The translations under genes and the position numbers were made by a program. The notes beneath the pieces are model-generated. The model was given only the letters and a program-made list of their open reading frames with translations, made no database searches and was not told where the DNA came from. A stretch of DNA of 64,000 nucleotides from an uncultured Candidatus Binatia bacterium (GTDB lineage Bacteria > Desulfobacterota > Binatia > HRBIN30): NCBI GenBank assembly GCA_964534275.1, contig CAZHQG010000002.1, forward strand, positions 140,243 through 204,242, written 5' to 3'. Shown here piece after piece: positions 55,103-64,000 of the stretch; the stretch's first letter is position 1, and each line of letters begins with the position of its first letter.

Positions 55103-58099
55103 ATGCGCAACGACACAGAGGTTGCGTCGACGGCAGCCAGCCCGGCAGCGGTGAACCGCGCGATTGCGGAGATCATCGCGGAGCGGATTGCCCGCTACGC
55201 CCCCATCGCGGCAGGCATGTTCGTTGGTGTGGGCGCTGTGCAGGCCTTTGCGGCTGCGCCACCCGTGTCATGGATTCCTGTGCTCCTTTCTGGGCTACAA
55301 GCGTTCTTGTTGTGGGGCGAAGCCGAACTTGTGAGGCATCGCTGGTTCAGAGACCGAGCGGTGGCGATAGGCTTGGTAGTAGGGTTTGCAGTGAGTGCTT
55401 TGCTGGTCGTCGGGAGCTGGTGGACACAACTGTCGCTCCTTGCCGTGCTTGTAGTCACGGCATTTTCGCTCACGGCGGCGGCGGTGCTTCCCTGGGGACT
55501 AGTTCCGCAGTTGTTTCTGGCGGGGAGTTCCCTCGCATCGGTGGTTGCTGTTTTTGCGGTCACCACGGGAGTGGGGGAGTTGGCTACGCCGCACGGGGTC
55601 TTTGCGCTGTTCGCGCAGATCCTTTCGTTGCGCGTGGCGGTGGAAACGCGAAAGACCCATGCCTTGGCCGTGGAGGCCCGCTTGTTGGCCGAGGCCGCCG
55701 GCGCGCTCTACCGTGAGGTCGTCGAAACCGCGGTAGAAGCCATTTACCGCACCGACATTAATGGGCGCATCGTCTTTGCCAATGCCGCGGCCGCGCACTT
55801 GTTTGGGCTGAAGCTTGAAGAGCTGATAAGGCGGCACCTTTGGGAACTCGTTGCTCCGCGAGCGCGCGAAGAGGTGCGTGCATATTATGCCGATCAGTAT
55901 CGGAACAGAACTCCGGTGACGTTTCGCGAAATTCCTCTGCTCGACGCTGCGGGAGGAGAAAAGTGGGTCAGCCAAACCGTGCAGTTGTGGGGCAGCGGCT
56001 CCCAAGTGGAGGGCTTCCACGCCGTGGCTCGCGAGATCACGGATCGGGTTCGCATCGTCGAGCAGCTTCGGCAAAGCGAAGCGCGGTTCCGCAGCACGTT
56101 CGAGCGCGCCCCAATTGGGATCGCGCTGGTGGCGCCGGACGGCAGGTTTTTGCGTGTGAACGCCGCGCTGTGCCGCATGCTCGGATATACCGCGGAAGAG
56201 CTTCTGGAACGGGACTTTCAGTCGCTCACGTACCCTGACGATCTAGGGCCAGACCTCGTGTTGGTTGAGGAGTGTCTTGCTGGCGCACGGGACACCTACG
56301 AGATGGAAAAACGTTACATCCGGCGCGACGGGCGCCTGGTGACGGCTCGCCTTCTGGTCGGGCTGGTGCGCGACTCGAAGGGGATACCCGTGCATTTTGT
56401 TTCGCTCATCGAGGATATCACCGAGCGGCGTGCCATGGAGCAGGCACTTCGCGAAAGCGAGGAGCGGTTTCGCTCTTTGGCGGAGGCTGCGTTCGATCCC
56501 ATTGTCGTGACCGATGCTGCCGGCACCGTGTTGTTTTGGAATGGCGCGGCAGAGCAACTGTTCGGTTACCCTCGCAACGAAGCGTGTGGAAGAAGCGTGA
56601 GCGAGCTGTTGGACATACAAGACCCAGGCGGTTCGAGCGAGGGTCCGTTTCTGGAGGTCTTGCGCCAATGCGTGCAAGAAGGGTCAGGGCTGCGGCGCGA
56701 ACTGTGGCTCCGCTCTCAGGGATCCGGCGAGATCCCGGTCGAGGTTTCCCTGAGTGTCATTGGCGCCCACGAGCAAAAGCGCGTCGTGGGGATTTTGCGG
56801 GACGTGCGCGCCTACAAGGAACTCCAGTGGCATTTGCAACGCGCAAAGGAGGCTGCGGAAGAAGCTACCCGAGCCAAAACGATGTTCCTTGCCAACATGA
56901 GCCACGAGATTCGTACACCGCTCGCGGGAGTGCTTGGAGCGCTGGACTTGCTTCGCGAGACGGCGCTCGACGGCGAGCAAAAGGAATACGTCGAAACGGC
57001 GGTAGCGTCGGGACAAGCCCTGCTCGGTTTATTGAACGACCTGCTGGACCTCTCCAAGATCGAAACCGGGAAACTCGAGTTCCGACGCGAGCCCCTCGAT
57101 TGTCATGCCTTGCTTGCTGAAGTCGGGCAAATGTTTGCCGTGCGAGCACGGAGCCAAGGGCTGTCGTTCGAGATCGAAGTCCACCCGCAAGTTCCACAGT
57201 GGGTCATCGCGGACAAGGCCCGAGTTCGGCAGATCTTGGTAAATTTAGTCGGTAATGCCTTCAAATTTACGCCCAGAGGCTTTGTTCGGGTGGAATTGAG
57301 CGCGCATCGGTCGCGTTCCGATACGGGCGCTCTTTGCCAGCTTCATCTCTCCGTGCGGGACTCCGGGCCGGGCATCGCGGCGGTGGATCTCGAACGGATC
57401 TTTGCCCCGTTCGAGCGAGGCCGCTCAGAAGGCGGCCCGAGCGGAGCAGGCCTGGGATTGGCGATCGCGCGGCGGTTAGCAGAAGACATGGGTGGGCAGC
57501 TTTGGGCAGAAAGCAGCGAAGGCAAAGGCAGCACGTTTCACCTTGTGCTGCCGGTGGATTTGCCGGCTCCCACTGCAGTTGCCGTCGACGAGCCGGACCG
57601 ACAAGCCGTCGGTCGCCGCAGTTTACCTCCGCCTCCCTGGCGCATCTTGGTTGCCGAGGACCATCCGGTAAACCAGTTGCTCGTGCGCCGAATCCTCGAG
57701 CGCCGCGGGCACGAGGTAGCTGTAGCGAGTGACGGTGAGGAAGCCCTTCGGCTGCTCGAGGCGGAGCGCTTCGACCTTTTACTAGCCGACGTGCAAATGC
57801 CCAAACTGGACGGGCTGCAACTGATCGAACAAGTGCGCGCCCGCGAGCAAGCAGGGCAGTGCTTCGCGCGGCAGGGCAACTGCCTGTCGATCGTTGCATT
57901 GACCGCTCACGCCTGGCGGGAAGACCGCGATCGTTGCTTGGCTGCTGGCGCCGACGCGTACCTCAGCAAGCCCATTAGCGCCGAAGGTTTGCTCCGCACC
58001 CTGCACGGCTTGGTGGCGCCTACCAGCCCGGAAACAGCCGAAACGAGCGAGACAGCGCCCCCGGTGCTCGATGCCCCTGCATCGGCGCGAGTCTTGTAG
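55103..58099 (+). CDS. Hybrid sensor histidine kinase: multi-TM N-terminal sensor, three PAS/PAC domains, HisKA, HATPase_c and C-terminal receiver (REC) domain
   Basis: About 5-6 TM helices lie at the N-terminus. Three PAS-like repeats are present (two begin LRQSEARFRS / LRESEERFRS). H-box MSHEIRTPLAG. G-boxes GPGI...GAGLGLAIA. REC ILVAEDHPVNQ...LLLADVQMPKLDG. Start codon uncertain (ATG 55103 or upstream 54962). Confidence 0.85.
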   Translation: MRNDTEVASTAASPAAVNRAIAEIIAERIARYAPIAAGMFVGVGAVQAFAAAPPVSWIPVLLSGLQAFLLWGEAELVRHRWFRDRAVAIGLVVGFAVSALLVVGSWWTQLSLLAVLVVTAFSLTAAAVLPWGLVPQLFLAGSSLASVVAVFAVTTGVGELATPHGVFALFAQILSLRVAVETRKTHALAVEARLLAEAAGALYREVVETAVEAIYRTDINGRIVFANAAAAHLFGLKLEELIRRHLWELVAPRAREEVRAYYADQYRNRTPVTFREIPLLDAAGGEKWVSQTVQLWGSGSQVEGFHAVAREITDRVRIVEQLRQSEARFRSTFERAPIGIALVAPDGRFLRVNAALCRMLGYTAEELLERDFQSLTYPDDLGPDLVLVEECLAGARDTYEMEKRYIRRDGRLVTARLLVGLVRDSKGIPVHFVSLIEDITERRAMEQALRESEERFRSLAEAAFDPIVVTDAAGTVLFWNGAAEQLFGYPRNEACGRSVSELLDIQDPGGSSEGPFLEVLRQCVQEGSGLRRELWLRSQGSGEIPVEVSLSVIGAHEQKRVVGILRDVRAYKELQWHLQRAKEAAEEATRAKTMFLANMSHEIRTPLAGVLGALDLLRETALDGEQKEYVETAVASGQALLGLLNDLLDLSKIETGKLEFRREPLDCHALLAEVGQMFAVRARSQGLSFEIEVHPQVPQWVIADKARVRQILVNLVGNAFKFTPRGFVRVELSAHRSRSDTGALCQLHLSVRDSGPGIAAVDLERIFAPFERGRSEGGPSGAGLGLAIARRLAEDMGGQLWAESSEGKGSTFHLVLPVDLPAPTAVAVDEPDRQAVGRRSLPPPPWRILVAEDHPVNQLLVRRILERRGHEVAVASDGEEALRLLEAERFDLLLADVQMPKLDGLQLIEQVRAREQAGQCFARQGNCLSIVALTAHAWREDRDRCLAAGADAYLSKPISAEGLLRTLHGLVAPTSPETAETSETAPPVLDAPASARVL

Positions 58100-58354
58100 C
58101 GCGCGTGCCTGACCGTGGCGCCAAGACCGCGCACCGGACCGCTCTCCCTTCCACGGCAACCCGGTGAATTGCCACCGCATCCAAGGACCCGAGTCGCTTC
58201 ACGCACGCCCGTCGAAACGGCGGAGGAGTGTGCTGAGCCGTAGCGAGATGTTGACCTTCAGGAATCGGGATCGTGGGGACGCGAGTTCTTCACACACCTG
58301 CAGGCGCGAAGCGGCGGACTCCGGGAAGTTTGTGCAGCGCTTCCGAACGGGGAA

Positions 58355-58443
58355 CGGAGAGGGAGGGATTCGAACCCTCGGTAGAGTTTTAGCCCTACAC
58401 ACGCTTAGCAGGCGTGCGCCTTCGACCTCTCGGCCACCTCTCC
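58355..58443 (-). tRNA. tRNA-Ser (anticodon GCU), type II with long variable arm; CCA not encoded
   Basis: The reverse complement reads GGAGAGGTGGCCGAGAGGTCGAAGGCGCACGCCTGCTAAGCGTGTGTAGGGCTAAAACTCTACCGAGGGTTCGAATCCCTCCCTCTCCG. The acceptor stem is 7 bp. The anticodon loop is CTGCTAA. The T-loop is GGTTCGAATCC. Confidence 0.85.
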
Positions 58444-58465
58444 AAGCGTTAGATGGCGGCTTTGC

Positions 58466-59236
58466 TTACCTTTCCTCTGTTCCCGGTGCAACTGCACGGC
58501 GGAGGACGAGTTGGCGCAGAACCTGGGCGTCGTACACCGCAGCCGCATGGACGTCGTTGTTGAAATACGCGTAGCAAGGTTTCCCGGCCCGCGCTTGGCT
58601 GCGCAGCCAACGGGCCCAACGCCGTAGTTTTGGTCGGGTGTAGCGTCCGGCGTAACCCGGCAGCGGGCCGTGAAAGCGTACGTAAGCAGCGGGTCCGACG
58701 CTCACGCGGGGTACGCGCAGACCGGGAAAATCATGCACGACAAACACGGCGCCGTGCTCGGCGAGCAGTTGTCGAATCGCTGGCACGAACCAGCTCGGAT
58801 GGCGGAACTCGAAGGCGTGCACCCAGTTCTTGGGCAGCAAGCGCAAAAAGGCGTCCAGGCGCTCCGGGTCGCAATGCCACTGCGGGGGCAACTGGTAGAG
58901 GATCGGACCCAGGTGCTCGCCGAGCTCCGCGACGGTACGGAGGAATTGCTCGAGAGCGCGGTCGACCTCCTTGAGCTTCTTGCGATGCGTAACAAACCGG
59001 TTGGCCTTGACTGCGAACAGGAACCCTGGCGGGGCCAGCGTGCGCCAGTTCTGAACGGCCTCTACGGTCGGCATGCGATAGAACGTGTTGTTGACCTCCA
59101 CGGTGTCGAAGCGCTGCGCATAAAAGGAAAACCACTGCGCAGTGGGAAGGTCGTCCGGATAAAATTTGCCGCGCCACCCAGGATAGAGCCAGCCGGAACA
59201 GCCGATGTGGATGGGAGCTAAGCGGCTGCCTGCCAT
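58466..59236 (-). CDS. DUF72 (YecE/UPF0759) family protein
   Basis: ATG at 59236 (MAGSRLAPIHIGCSGWLYPGWRGKFYPDDLP...). The signature is typical of DUF72 TIM-barrel proteins. The 5' end overlaps the upstream radical-SAM gene by 19 bp. Confidence 0.8.
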   Translation of the reverse strand: MAGSRLAPIHIGCSGWLYPGWRGKFYPDDLPTAQWFSFYAQRFDTVEVNNTFYRMPTVEAVQNWRTLAPPGFLFAVKANRFVTHRKKLKEVDRALEQFLRTVAELGEHLGPILYQLPPQWHCDPERLDAFLRLLPKNWVHAFEFRHPSWFVPAIRQLLAEHGAVFVVHDFPGLRVPRVSVGPAAYVRFHGPLPGYAGRYTRPKLRRWARWLRSQARAGKPCYAYFNNDVHAAAVYDAQVLRQLVLRRAVAPGTEER

Positions 59237-60333
59237 ACGCCAGGAAGAGCGGTTCCGCAGTCGGGGCAGCGGCCACCAACCACGCGATTGGCGAGCAACG
59301 TGAACCCGTACCGTTGGATCAGCAAGCTTTGGCACTGGTGGCAAAACGTGTTCTCGCCGCCTTCGCCGGGTACGTTGCCTTCGTACACATAGTGCAAGCC
59401 GGCCTCGAGCCCGATTTGCCTGGCGCGGCGCAATCGGGGCACAGGAGTGCGCGGCCGATCGAGCAGGCGGTAGGTGGGATAAAACTGCGTGACGTGCCAA
59501 GGAATGTCGCGGTCGACGCTCACGAGAAACTCGGCAATTTGGCGAAGTTCCTCGTCGCTGTCGTTGTGGCCTGGGATGACCAAAGTGGTCACTTCCACCC
59601 AAATGCCCAGGCTTTTGTAACGGCGAATGTTTTCCATGACCGGACCCACACGGGCGCCGGTCATTTGCTTGTGCGCACTTTCCCGGAATCCTTTTAAATC
59701 GATGTTGGCTGCATCTAGGTACGGCGCGATGGCTTCTAGGGCTTCCTTGCCAATGTACCCGTTGGTCACGAACACGTTGCGCAGCCCGCGGCTGTGGGCA
59801 AGCCGTGCCGTGTCGTACGCGAACTCGAAAAAAATTGTGGGCTCCGTGTAGGTGTACGCAATGCTGGTGCAACCACTCCGCAGCGCTGCCTGCACCACTT
59901 CTTCCGGGCTGACATCTTCACCAGGGATGCGGGCGCCAGCCTCGCGCAAGCTGAGGCACAGCACTTCGGGATTTTCACCTCCCGCTTCGGCCCCGTTGCC
60001 CGTGTCGGCGCAAATGACTCCTTTTTCCTTGGGTTGTTGGGAGATTTCGTAGTTCTGGCAGTGCAAGCAGCGAAAGTTGCACCCCACCGTGGCGATGGAG
60101 TACGAGAGCGAGCCCGGGAAGAAATGGAACAGCGGTTTCTTCTCGATCGGGTCGACATGTCGTGCCACGAGGCGGCCGTACACCAGGGTAAACAGCTTGC
60201 CCTCCACATTCACCCGTACTCCGCACGCCCCGCGACGCCCGCGAGCAATCTTGCAGTCGAGAGCACATAACGTGCATGCCACCCTCCCGTCGGGGCAGGG
60301 GTTCCAGAACATCGCCTCGCGGATCGAACTCAT
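59218..60333 (-). CDS. AmmeMemoRadiSam-system radical SAM enzyme (PflA-like activase family)
   Basis: ATG at 60333 (MSSIREAMFWNPCPDGRVACTLCALDCKIARGRRGACGVR...HVDPIEKKPLFHF). The radical SAM motif CNFRCLHCQN is present. The N-terminal Cys cluster is typical of the family. Confidence 0.8.
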   Translation of the reverse strand: MSSIREAMFWNPCPDGRVACTLCALDCKIARGRRGACGVRVNVEGKLFTLVYGRLVARHVDPIEKKPLFHFFPGSLSYSIATVGCNFRCLHCQNYEISQQPKEKGVICADTGNGAEAGGENPEVLCLSLREAGARIPGEDVSPEEVVQAALRSGCTSIAYTYTEPTIFFEFAYDTARLAHSRGLRNVFVTNGYIGKEALEAIAPYLDAANIDLKGFRESAHKQMTGARVGPVMENIRRYKSLGIWVEVTTLVIPGHNDSDEELRQIAEFLVSVDRDIPWHVTQFYPTYRLLDRPRTPVPRLRRARQIGLEAGLHYVYEGNVPGEGGENTFCHQCQSLLIQRYGFTLLANRVVGGRCPDCGTALPGVWQAAA

Positions 60334-60353
60334 CGGGCCTCCAGCGTCGCCCA

Positions 60354-62090
60354 TTACACTGCACATTCGCGGCACTCGGCAAGAGCCGCGTCGTCGACCA
60401 GCGACAGCACCTGTCCCCGACGGCTGCCGTAGCGGTACACCGTGATGCCCTTGAGCCGGTGCTCGCGTGCCATCAGGTAAATGTCCCGCACTTGGGCCGG
60501 CGTGGCGTCAGCAGGCAAGTTGATGGTTTTCGAGACTGCCGCATCCACGTACGCTTGAAACTGCGACTGCATGCGCACGTGCCATTCGGGGGCGATTTCC
60601 AGCGCAGTTGGAAAGCGCCGCCGCACTTCTTCCGGCAGGCTGGCGAGGTCGCGAATCGATCCGTGCTGCTCTACGTGTTCGCGCACAGCGGGGGCTTGGT
60701 CGCCAAGTTCCGCGAGGAGGCGTTCGAGAGCGGGGTGAACTTCGACGAAATGCCGCCCATCGAGCAAGCGGCGGCAGACAGCCAAGGCGAACAACGGTTC
60801 GATGCCACTCGAAACGCCCGCAATGAGACTGATGGTTCCGGTCGGGGCAATGCAAGTCACGGTGGCATTGCGTAGCGCGCGGTAGCCAATGCCGGGCCAA
60901 ATACTTTCAGGAAACGCGGGGAACGAGCCGCGGCGTTTCCCGAGCTCGAGCGAGGCGATCCGCGCCTCGACACTCAGGAACGCCACGATTTCGCCCGCAA
61001 GCGACACCGCTTCGATCGAGTCGTAAGGAATGTTCAACTCGATCAACAGGTCGGCCAGGCCCATGACCCCGAGGCCGATTTTGCGGGTGCGGCGGGTTGC
61101 CGCCTCGATTTCCGGGAAGGGGTGGGCGGTGGCCTCGATGACGTTGTCGAGGAACACTACGGCGTCGTGAATCGCCGATCGCAGCTCGGGCCAGTCGAGG
61201 TCGTTTCCGCTAACGAAGCGGGGCAGGCTGATCGACCCGAGCACGCACGATTCGTTCGGTAACAGCGGCTGCTCGCCGCAAGGGTTCGTGGCCTCGATCG
61301 TGCCCAGCGCCGGTACCGTATGGTGCTTGTTGATTTCGTCGAGAAATACGAGGCCCGGATCGCCGCACTCCCACGCTGCCTCGGCGATGAGGTCGAGCAA
61401 ATGGTTCGGATCGACGTGGCGCACGATGGCGCCAGTGCGCGGGTTCACGAGCGGGAACGGTTGGCCACGCTCCAACGCCTCGAAGAAGCCCTCCGTCATA
61501 CCCACGCTGATGTTGAAGTTCTCTAGGCGTCCGGGCGTGACCTTCGCACGGACGAAGTCCTCGATATCGGGATGCGACACCCGGAGCACGCCCATGTTGG
61601 CGCCGCGGCGGCGCCCGCCCTCGCGAATGACGGCCGTCGTGTGGTCGAACAACTCCATGAACGAGACCGGACCCGAGGTCACTCCACCGGTACTCCGCAC
61701 CCGGTCCCCGCGCGGCCGCAACGCGCTGAAGGAGAACCCCGTGCCGCCACCGGTTTGGTGGATCCGGGCCATGCGCAGCAAAGCAGTGAAAATCGAGTCG
61801 AGGTCGTCGTCGACAGGAAGAACGAAACACGCCGCCAGTTGCCCGCCCGGAAGGCCCGCATTCATGAGGGTGGGCGAGTTGGGCAAGAACTGCAAACTCG
61901 AAAGACGCTGATAGAACCGCTCTTCCCACTCTTGTGGCGACTCGCCGAACTTCTCGGACGGGGCCGCCACCGCCCGCGCCACGCGACGGAACATGCCATC
62001 CGCATCTTCGATCAGCGCACCCGTGTCGTCGCGCCGCAGATAGCGCTCCTCGAGGACGGCAATCGCTGCCGGGGAGAGATGAGGTTCCAT
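60354..62090 (-). CDS. nrdJ: Adenosylcobalamin-dependent (class II) ribonucleotide reductase
   Basis: ATG at 62090 (MEPHLSPAAIAVLEERYLRRDDTG). RNR active-site motifs are present (LMNAG...ACFV, TNPCGEQPLLPNESCVLGS). The monomeric class II size of 578 aa fits. Confidence 0.85.
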   Translation of the reverse strand: MEPHLSPAAIAVLEERYLRRDDTGALIEDADGMFRRVARAVAAPSEKFGESPQEWEERFYQRLSSLQFLPNSPTLMNAGLPGGQLAACFVLPVDDDLDSIFTALLRMARIHQTGGGTGFSFSALRPRGDRVRSTGGVTSGPVSFMELFDHTTAVIREGGRRRGANMGVLRVSHPDIEDFVRAKVTPGRLENFNISVGMTEGFFEALERGQPFPLVNPRTGAIVRHVDPNHLLDLIAEAAWECGDPGLVFLDEINKHHTVPALGTIEATNPCGEQPLLPNESCVLGSISLPRFVSGNDLDWPELRSAIHDAVVFLDNVIEATAHPFPEIEAATRRTRKIGLGVMGLADLLIELNIPYDSIEAVSLAGEIVAFLSVEARIASLELGKRRGSFPAFPESIWPGIGYRALRNATVTCIAPTGTISLIAGVSSGIEPLFALAVCRRLLDGRHFVEVHPALERLLAELGDQAPAVREHVEQHGSIRDLASLPEEVRRRFPTALEIAPEWHVRMQSQFQAYVDAAVSKTINLPADATPAQVRDIYLMAREHRLKGITVYRYGSRRGQVLSLVDDAALAECRECAV

Positions 62091-62704
62091 GGAAGTTGCC
62101 TCGGACACGTTCACTCCAGAGCTACGGCATTTGTCCTGAACCTGCAAGCTGCACCCCCTGGCGCTGGCGATATGCGTCTTGTTCGCGGACAGCGCCACAC
62201 ACCCGGGAAGACTCAACTTCTACGAAAACCCCTGCACGCAAGCCGTAGGCGCGCGGTTTCCGCGCCTCTTCCTGTACGCAGGAACACGCTTCCCCTCGGG
62301 TAAGGGAATCCTGCACCCATCGAAATCCCCCTGCCGTCACACACCGCATGGAGGGGCGACGCGGTAGGTCGCCCTTGGGCGGTGATGAGTGGGATCCACG
62401 CCGACCGTTCCCCACCGCAGTCAGCATCCCGGCGACGCGGTGCGTTGCCCTTGGCGGGTGATGGCCGGGCTCCTCGCTGGCGCCCTTCTTCTGGCTTCCG
62501 GCACGCAGGTTGGACGGCACCCGGGCATCTTGCCGGGAGCGCGGTCGTTTGGGCCTTGAAAAGCAGCCGTTTACGCATCGATGAAGAAGGATTACGCCGA
62601 ATTTTTGCTGCCCCCCACTTCCTTGTTTGAAAACCGAGTGTCATGCGGGTATCACAAAATGTCGCGGCGGAAAGCCGGGACTGTTGGACACCAGGGAGAG
62701 TTCT

Positions 62705-64000
62705 ATGCGGAGGGAACAAGTTGCGCGACTGGGAGCGCTCTGTATCGCGGCGCTTCTTTTGGGACCGGCCTGCACACGGGCGGAAGGGACGTCGGAGCCG
62801 TGCACCAACACGTTTTCGAGTACCTACGAGCTGATTCAGCGAGCCATTTTCGAGAACAAGGGCTGCACCAACCAAGTTTGTCATGGTGAGGCCCGAGCTG
62901 GCGGGCTGGATTTGCGCGCAGAGGCTTCGTACGAGAACTTGATCGAAGTTCCTGCGGCCACTGTGCCTGGCTGGAAGAGGGTCGTGCCTGGCCGGCGAGA
63001 TCTGAGCTTGCTGTTCATCAACCTGGCAGCGAAGACCCTGCCCCGGCAGTACCAAGCCCCGTTGCGGCCCATGCCGTTGGATCCCCTCCCTGCGCTGAGT
63101 GCGGATGAAGTAGAGGCCGTCCGCCGTTGGGTGGAAGCGGGAGCGCCGCGTTCTGGTACGGTTGCCGGCACCGCGGAACTTCTCGACGCTTGTTTGCCGC
63201 CGCCAGAGCCCATTGCCATTAAACCCTTGGATCCGCCGTCTCCGGGCGAGGGAGTGCAAATCCGCATGCCGCCGTACACGCTCGCGCCGCACTCCGAGCG
63301 GGAAACCTGCTTCGTGAGCTACTTCGACGTGAGCGATCAAGTTCCGGAGCAGTTCCGCGGGCCAGACGGGAAGACGTTCCGTTACCGACGCAACGAGATT
63401 CGACAAGATCCGCTGAGCCATCACTTGATCGTGAGCTTGTATACTGGAGAAGCCGCTCCTGACGATCCAGCTTGGGGTCCGTTCTCTTGTCGGGGTGGGG
63501 AACGCGACGGCACGCCGTGCAACCCGACCGATTTGACCTTCTGCGGAGAGGGAATTTGCTCTACGACGCCGGTCAACAGCATTGCTTGTATTGGCTTTGG
63601 TCCGCAAGATTTGAATCTTGGCTTGGCAGCATCGGGCTTTACCGGGACTCAGGAAACAGCGTCGGAGTTTCGTTTTCCGCACGGCGTGTACCGCGAAGTG
63701 CCCATCCGCGGGATGATTATTTGGAACTCCCACGCATTTAACTTGACGGACAAACCCGGCTTGCTGCGTGCGTGGTTGAACTTCGAGTTCGCGCCTCCGG
63801 AAGAACAGGTTACCCCGTCGCTGCAAATCTTCGACACGCGGACGATCTTCAAGATGACGCCGGTGCCCCCGTTCCAAACTAAGGAAGTGTGCAGTCACTA
63901 CACCTTGCCGCGGTTTGCCCGGCTATTCGAGTTGAGTTCGCACGCGCATAAACGGATGAAGCGGTGGCGAACCTTCGAGGGCGAGTTTTCTTGCCAGGGT
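62705..64000 (+). CDS. Secreted protein with planctomycete-cytochrome-C-like (PSCyt) N-terminal motif; 3' end beyond the window
   Basis: ATG at 62705. The signal/lipobox-like N-terminus is MRREQVARLGALCIAALLLGPAC. The PSCyt-like motif is ELIQRAIFENKGCTNQVCHGEARAGGLDLR. The open frame continues uninterrupted to the window end and is absent from the provided ORF list because no stop is reached. The opposite-strand 561-aa ORF (62213-63898) is Arg-rich shadow. Confidence 0.55.
   Translation, partial: MRREQVARLGALCIAALLLGPACTRAEGTSEPCTNTFSSTYELIQRAIFENKGCTNQVCHGEARAGGLDLRAEASYENLIEVPAATVPGWKRVVPGRRDLSLLFINLAAKTLPRQYQAPLRPMPLDPLPALSADEVEAVRRWVEAGAPRSGTVAGTAELLDACLPPPEPIAIKPLDPPSPGEGVQIRMPPYTLAPHSERETCFVSYFDVSDQVPEQFRGPDGKTFRYRRNEIRQDPLSHHLIVSLYTGEAAPDDPAWGPFSCRGGERDGTPCNPTDLTFCGEGICSTTPVNSIACIGFGPQDLNLGLAASGFTGTQETASEFRFPHGVYREVPIRGMIIWNSHAFNLTDKPGLLRAWLNFEFAPPEEQVTPSLQIFDTRTIFKMTPVPPFQTKEVCSHYTLPRFARLFELSSHAHKRMKRWRTFEGEFSCQG

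Noticed and set aside
62091-62704. Cobalamin riboswitch or NrdR boxes in the nrdJ leader
   Set aside because: A GGGAAC...GTGGATCC stretch weakly recalls the B12 element core, but no B12 box or pseudoknot partner was found. A B12 riboswitch would be illogical on a B12-dependent RNR. No 16-bp NrdR palindromes were seen.
62213-63898. 561-aa minus-strand ORF, very Arg-rich
   Set aside because: It lies antisense to a continuous + strand frame with signal peptide and PSCyt-like motif. Its composition is typical of a high-GC shadow ORF.
1-64000. CRISPR arrays, transposases, integrases and rRNA genes
   Set aside because: No direct-repeat/spacer periodicity, no transposase or integrase-like ORFs, and no rRNA signatures were seen anywhere in the window. 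The only tandem repeat is intragenic (38461-38830).

Overview
The window is high-GC (~65%) and densely coding, with about 60 genes on both strands and no transposase, integrase, CRISPR array or rRNA. It carries one tRNA, tRNA-Ser(GCU), on the minus strand. Most genes are core metabolism and housekeeping, in order: a BVMO, hydratase and thiolase cluster; rppH; fur; phosphoketolase (xfp); formate-THF ligase (fhs); pyrF; nagZ; a lytic transglycosylase; maf-yggS-proC-ggt; a YyaL thioredoxin-domain protein; a leuA-leuB-(asd-like)-truA operon; recN-nadK; an ABC ATPase; ybgA; rtcB-archease; a cytochrome c peroxidase; a large PAS hybrid histidine kinase; DUF72 and an AmmeMemoRadiSam radical-SAM enzyme; class II ribonucleotide reductase (nrdJ); and a partial PSCyt-like secreted protein at the right edge. 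An outer-membrane beta-barrel protein, lipoprotein signals and periplasmic c-type cytochromes indicate a diderm bacterium. I did not attempt a taxonomic assignment. Observations worth a second look are listed below. (1) A leucine leader peptide with a perfect intrinsic terminator sits upstream of leuA. (2) An Asd/USG-1-like protein between leuB and truA lacks both catalytic residues. (3) Two thiolase/DUF35 fusions in opposite domain orders occur together with a BVMO and a doubly frameshifted crotonase. (4) A coiled-coil protein carries near-identical intragenic tandem DNA repeats and a C-terminal PD-(D/E)XK-like domain downstream of recN. (5) A minus-strand cluster of uncharacterised envelope proteins spans 27.3-31.5 kb. 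(6) An rtcB-archease-diheme cytochrome c arrangement shows GTGA coupling. (7) A GAAC-N4-GTTC palindrome lies upstream of a nitronate monooxygenase gene. All functional calls are from motif and family recognition by eye, with no database search possible.
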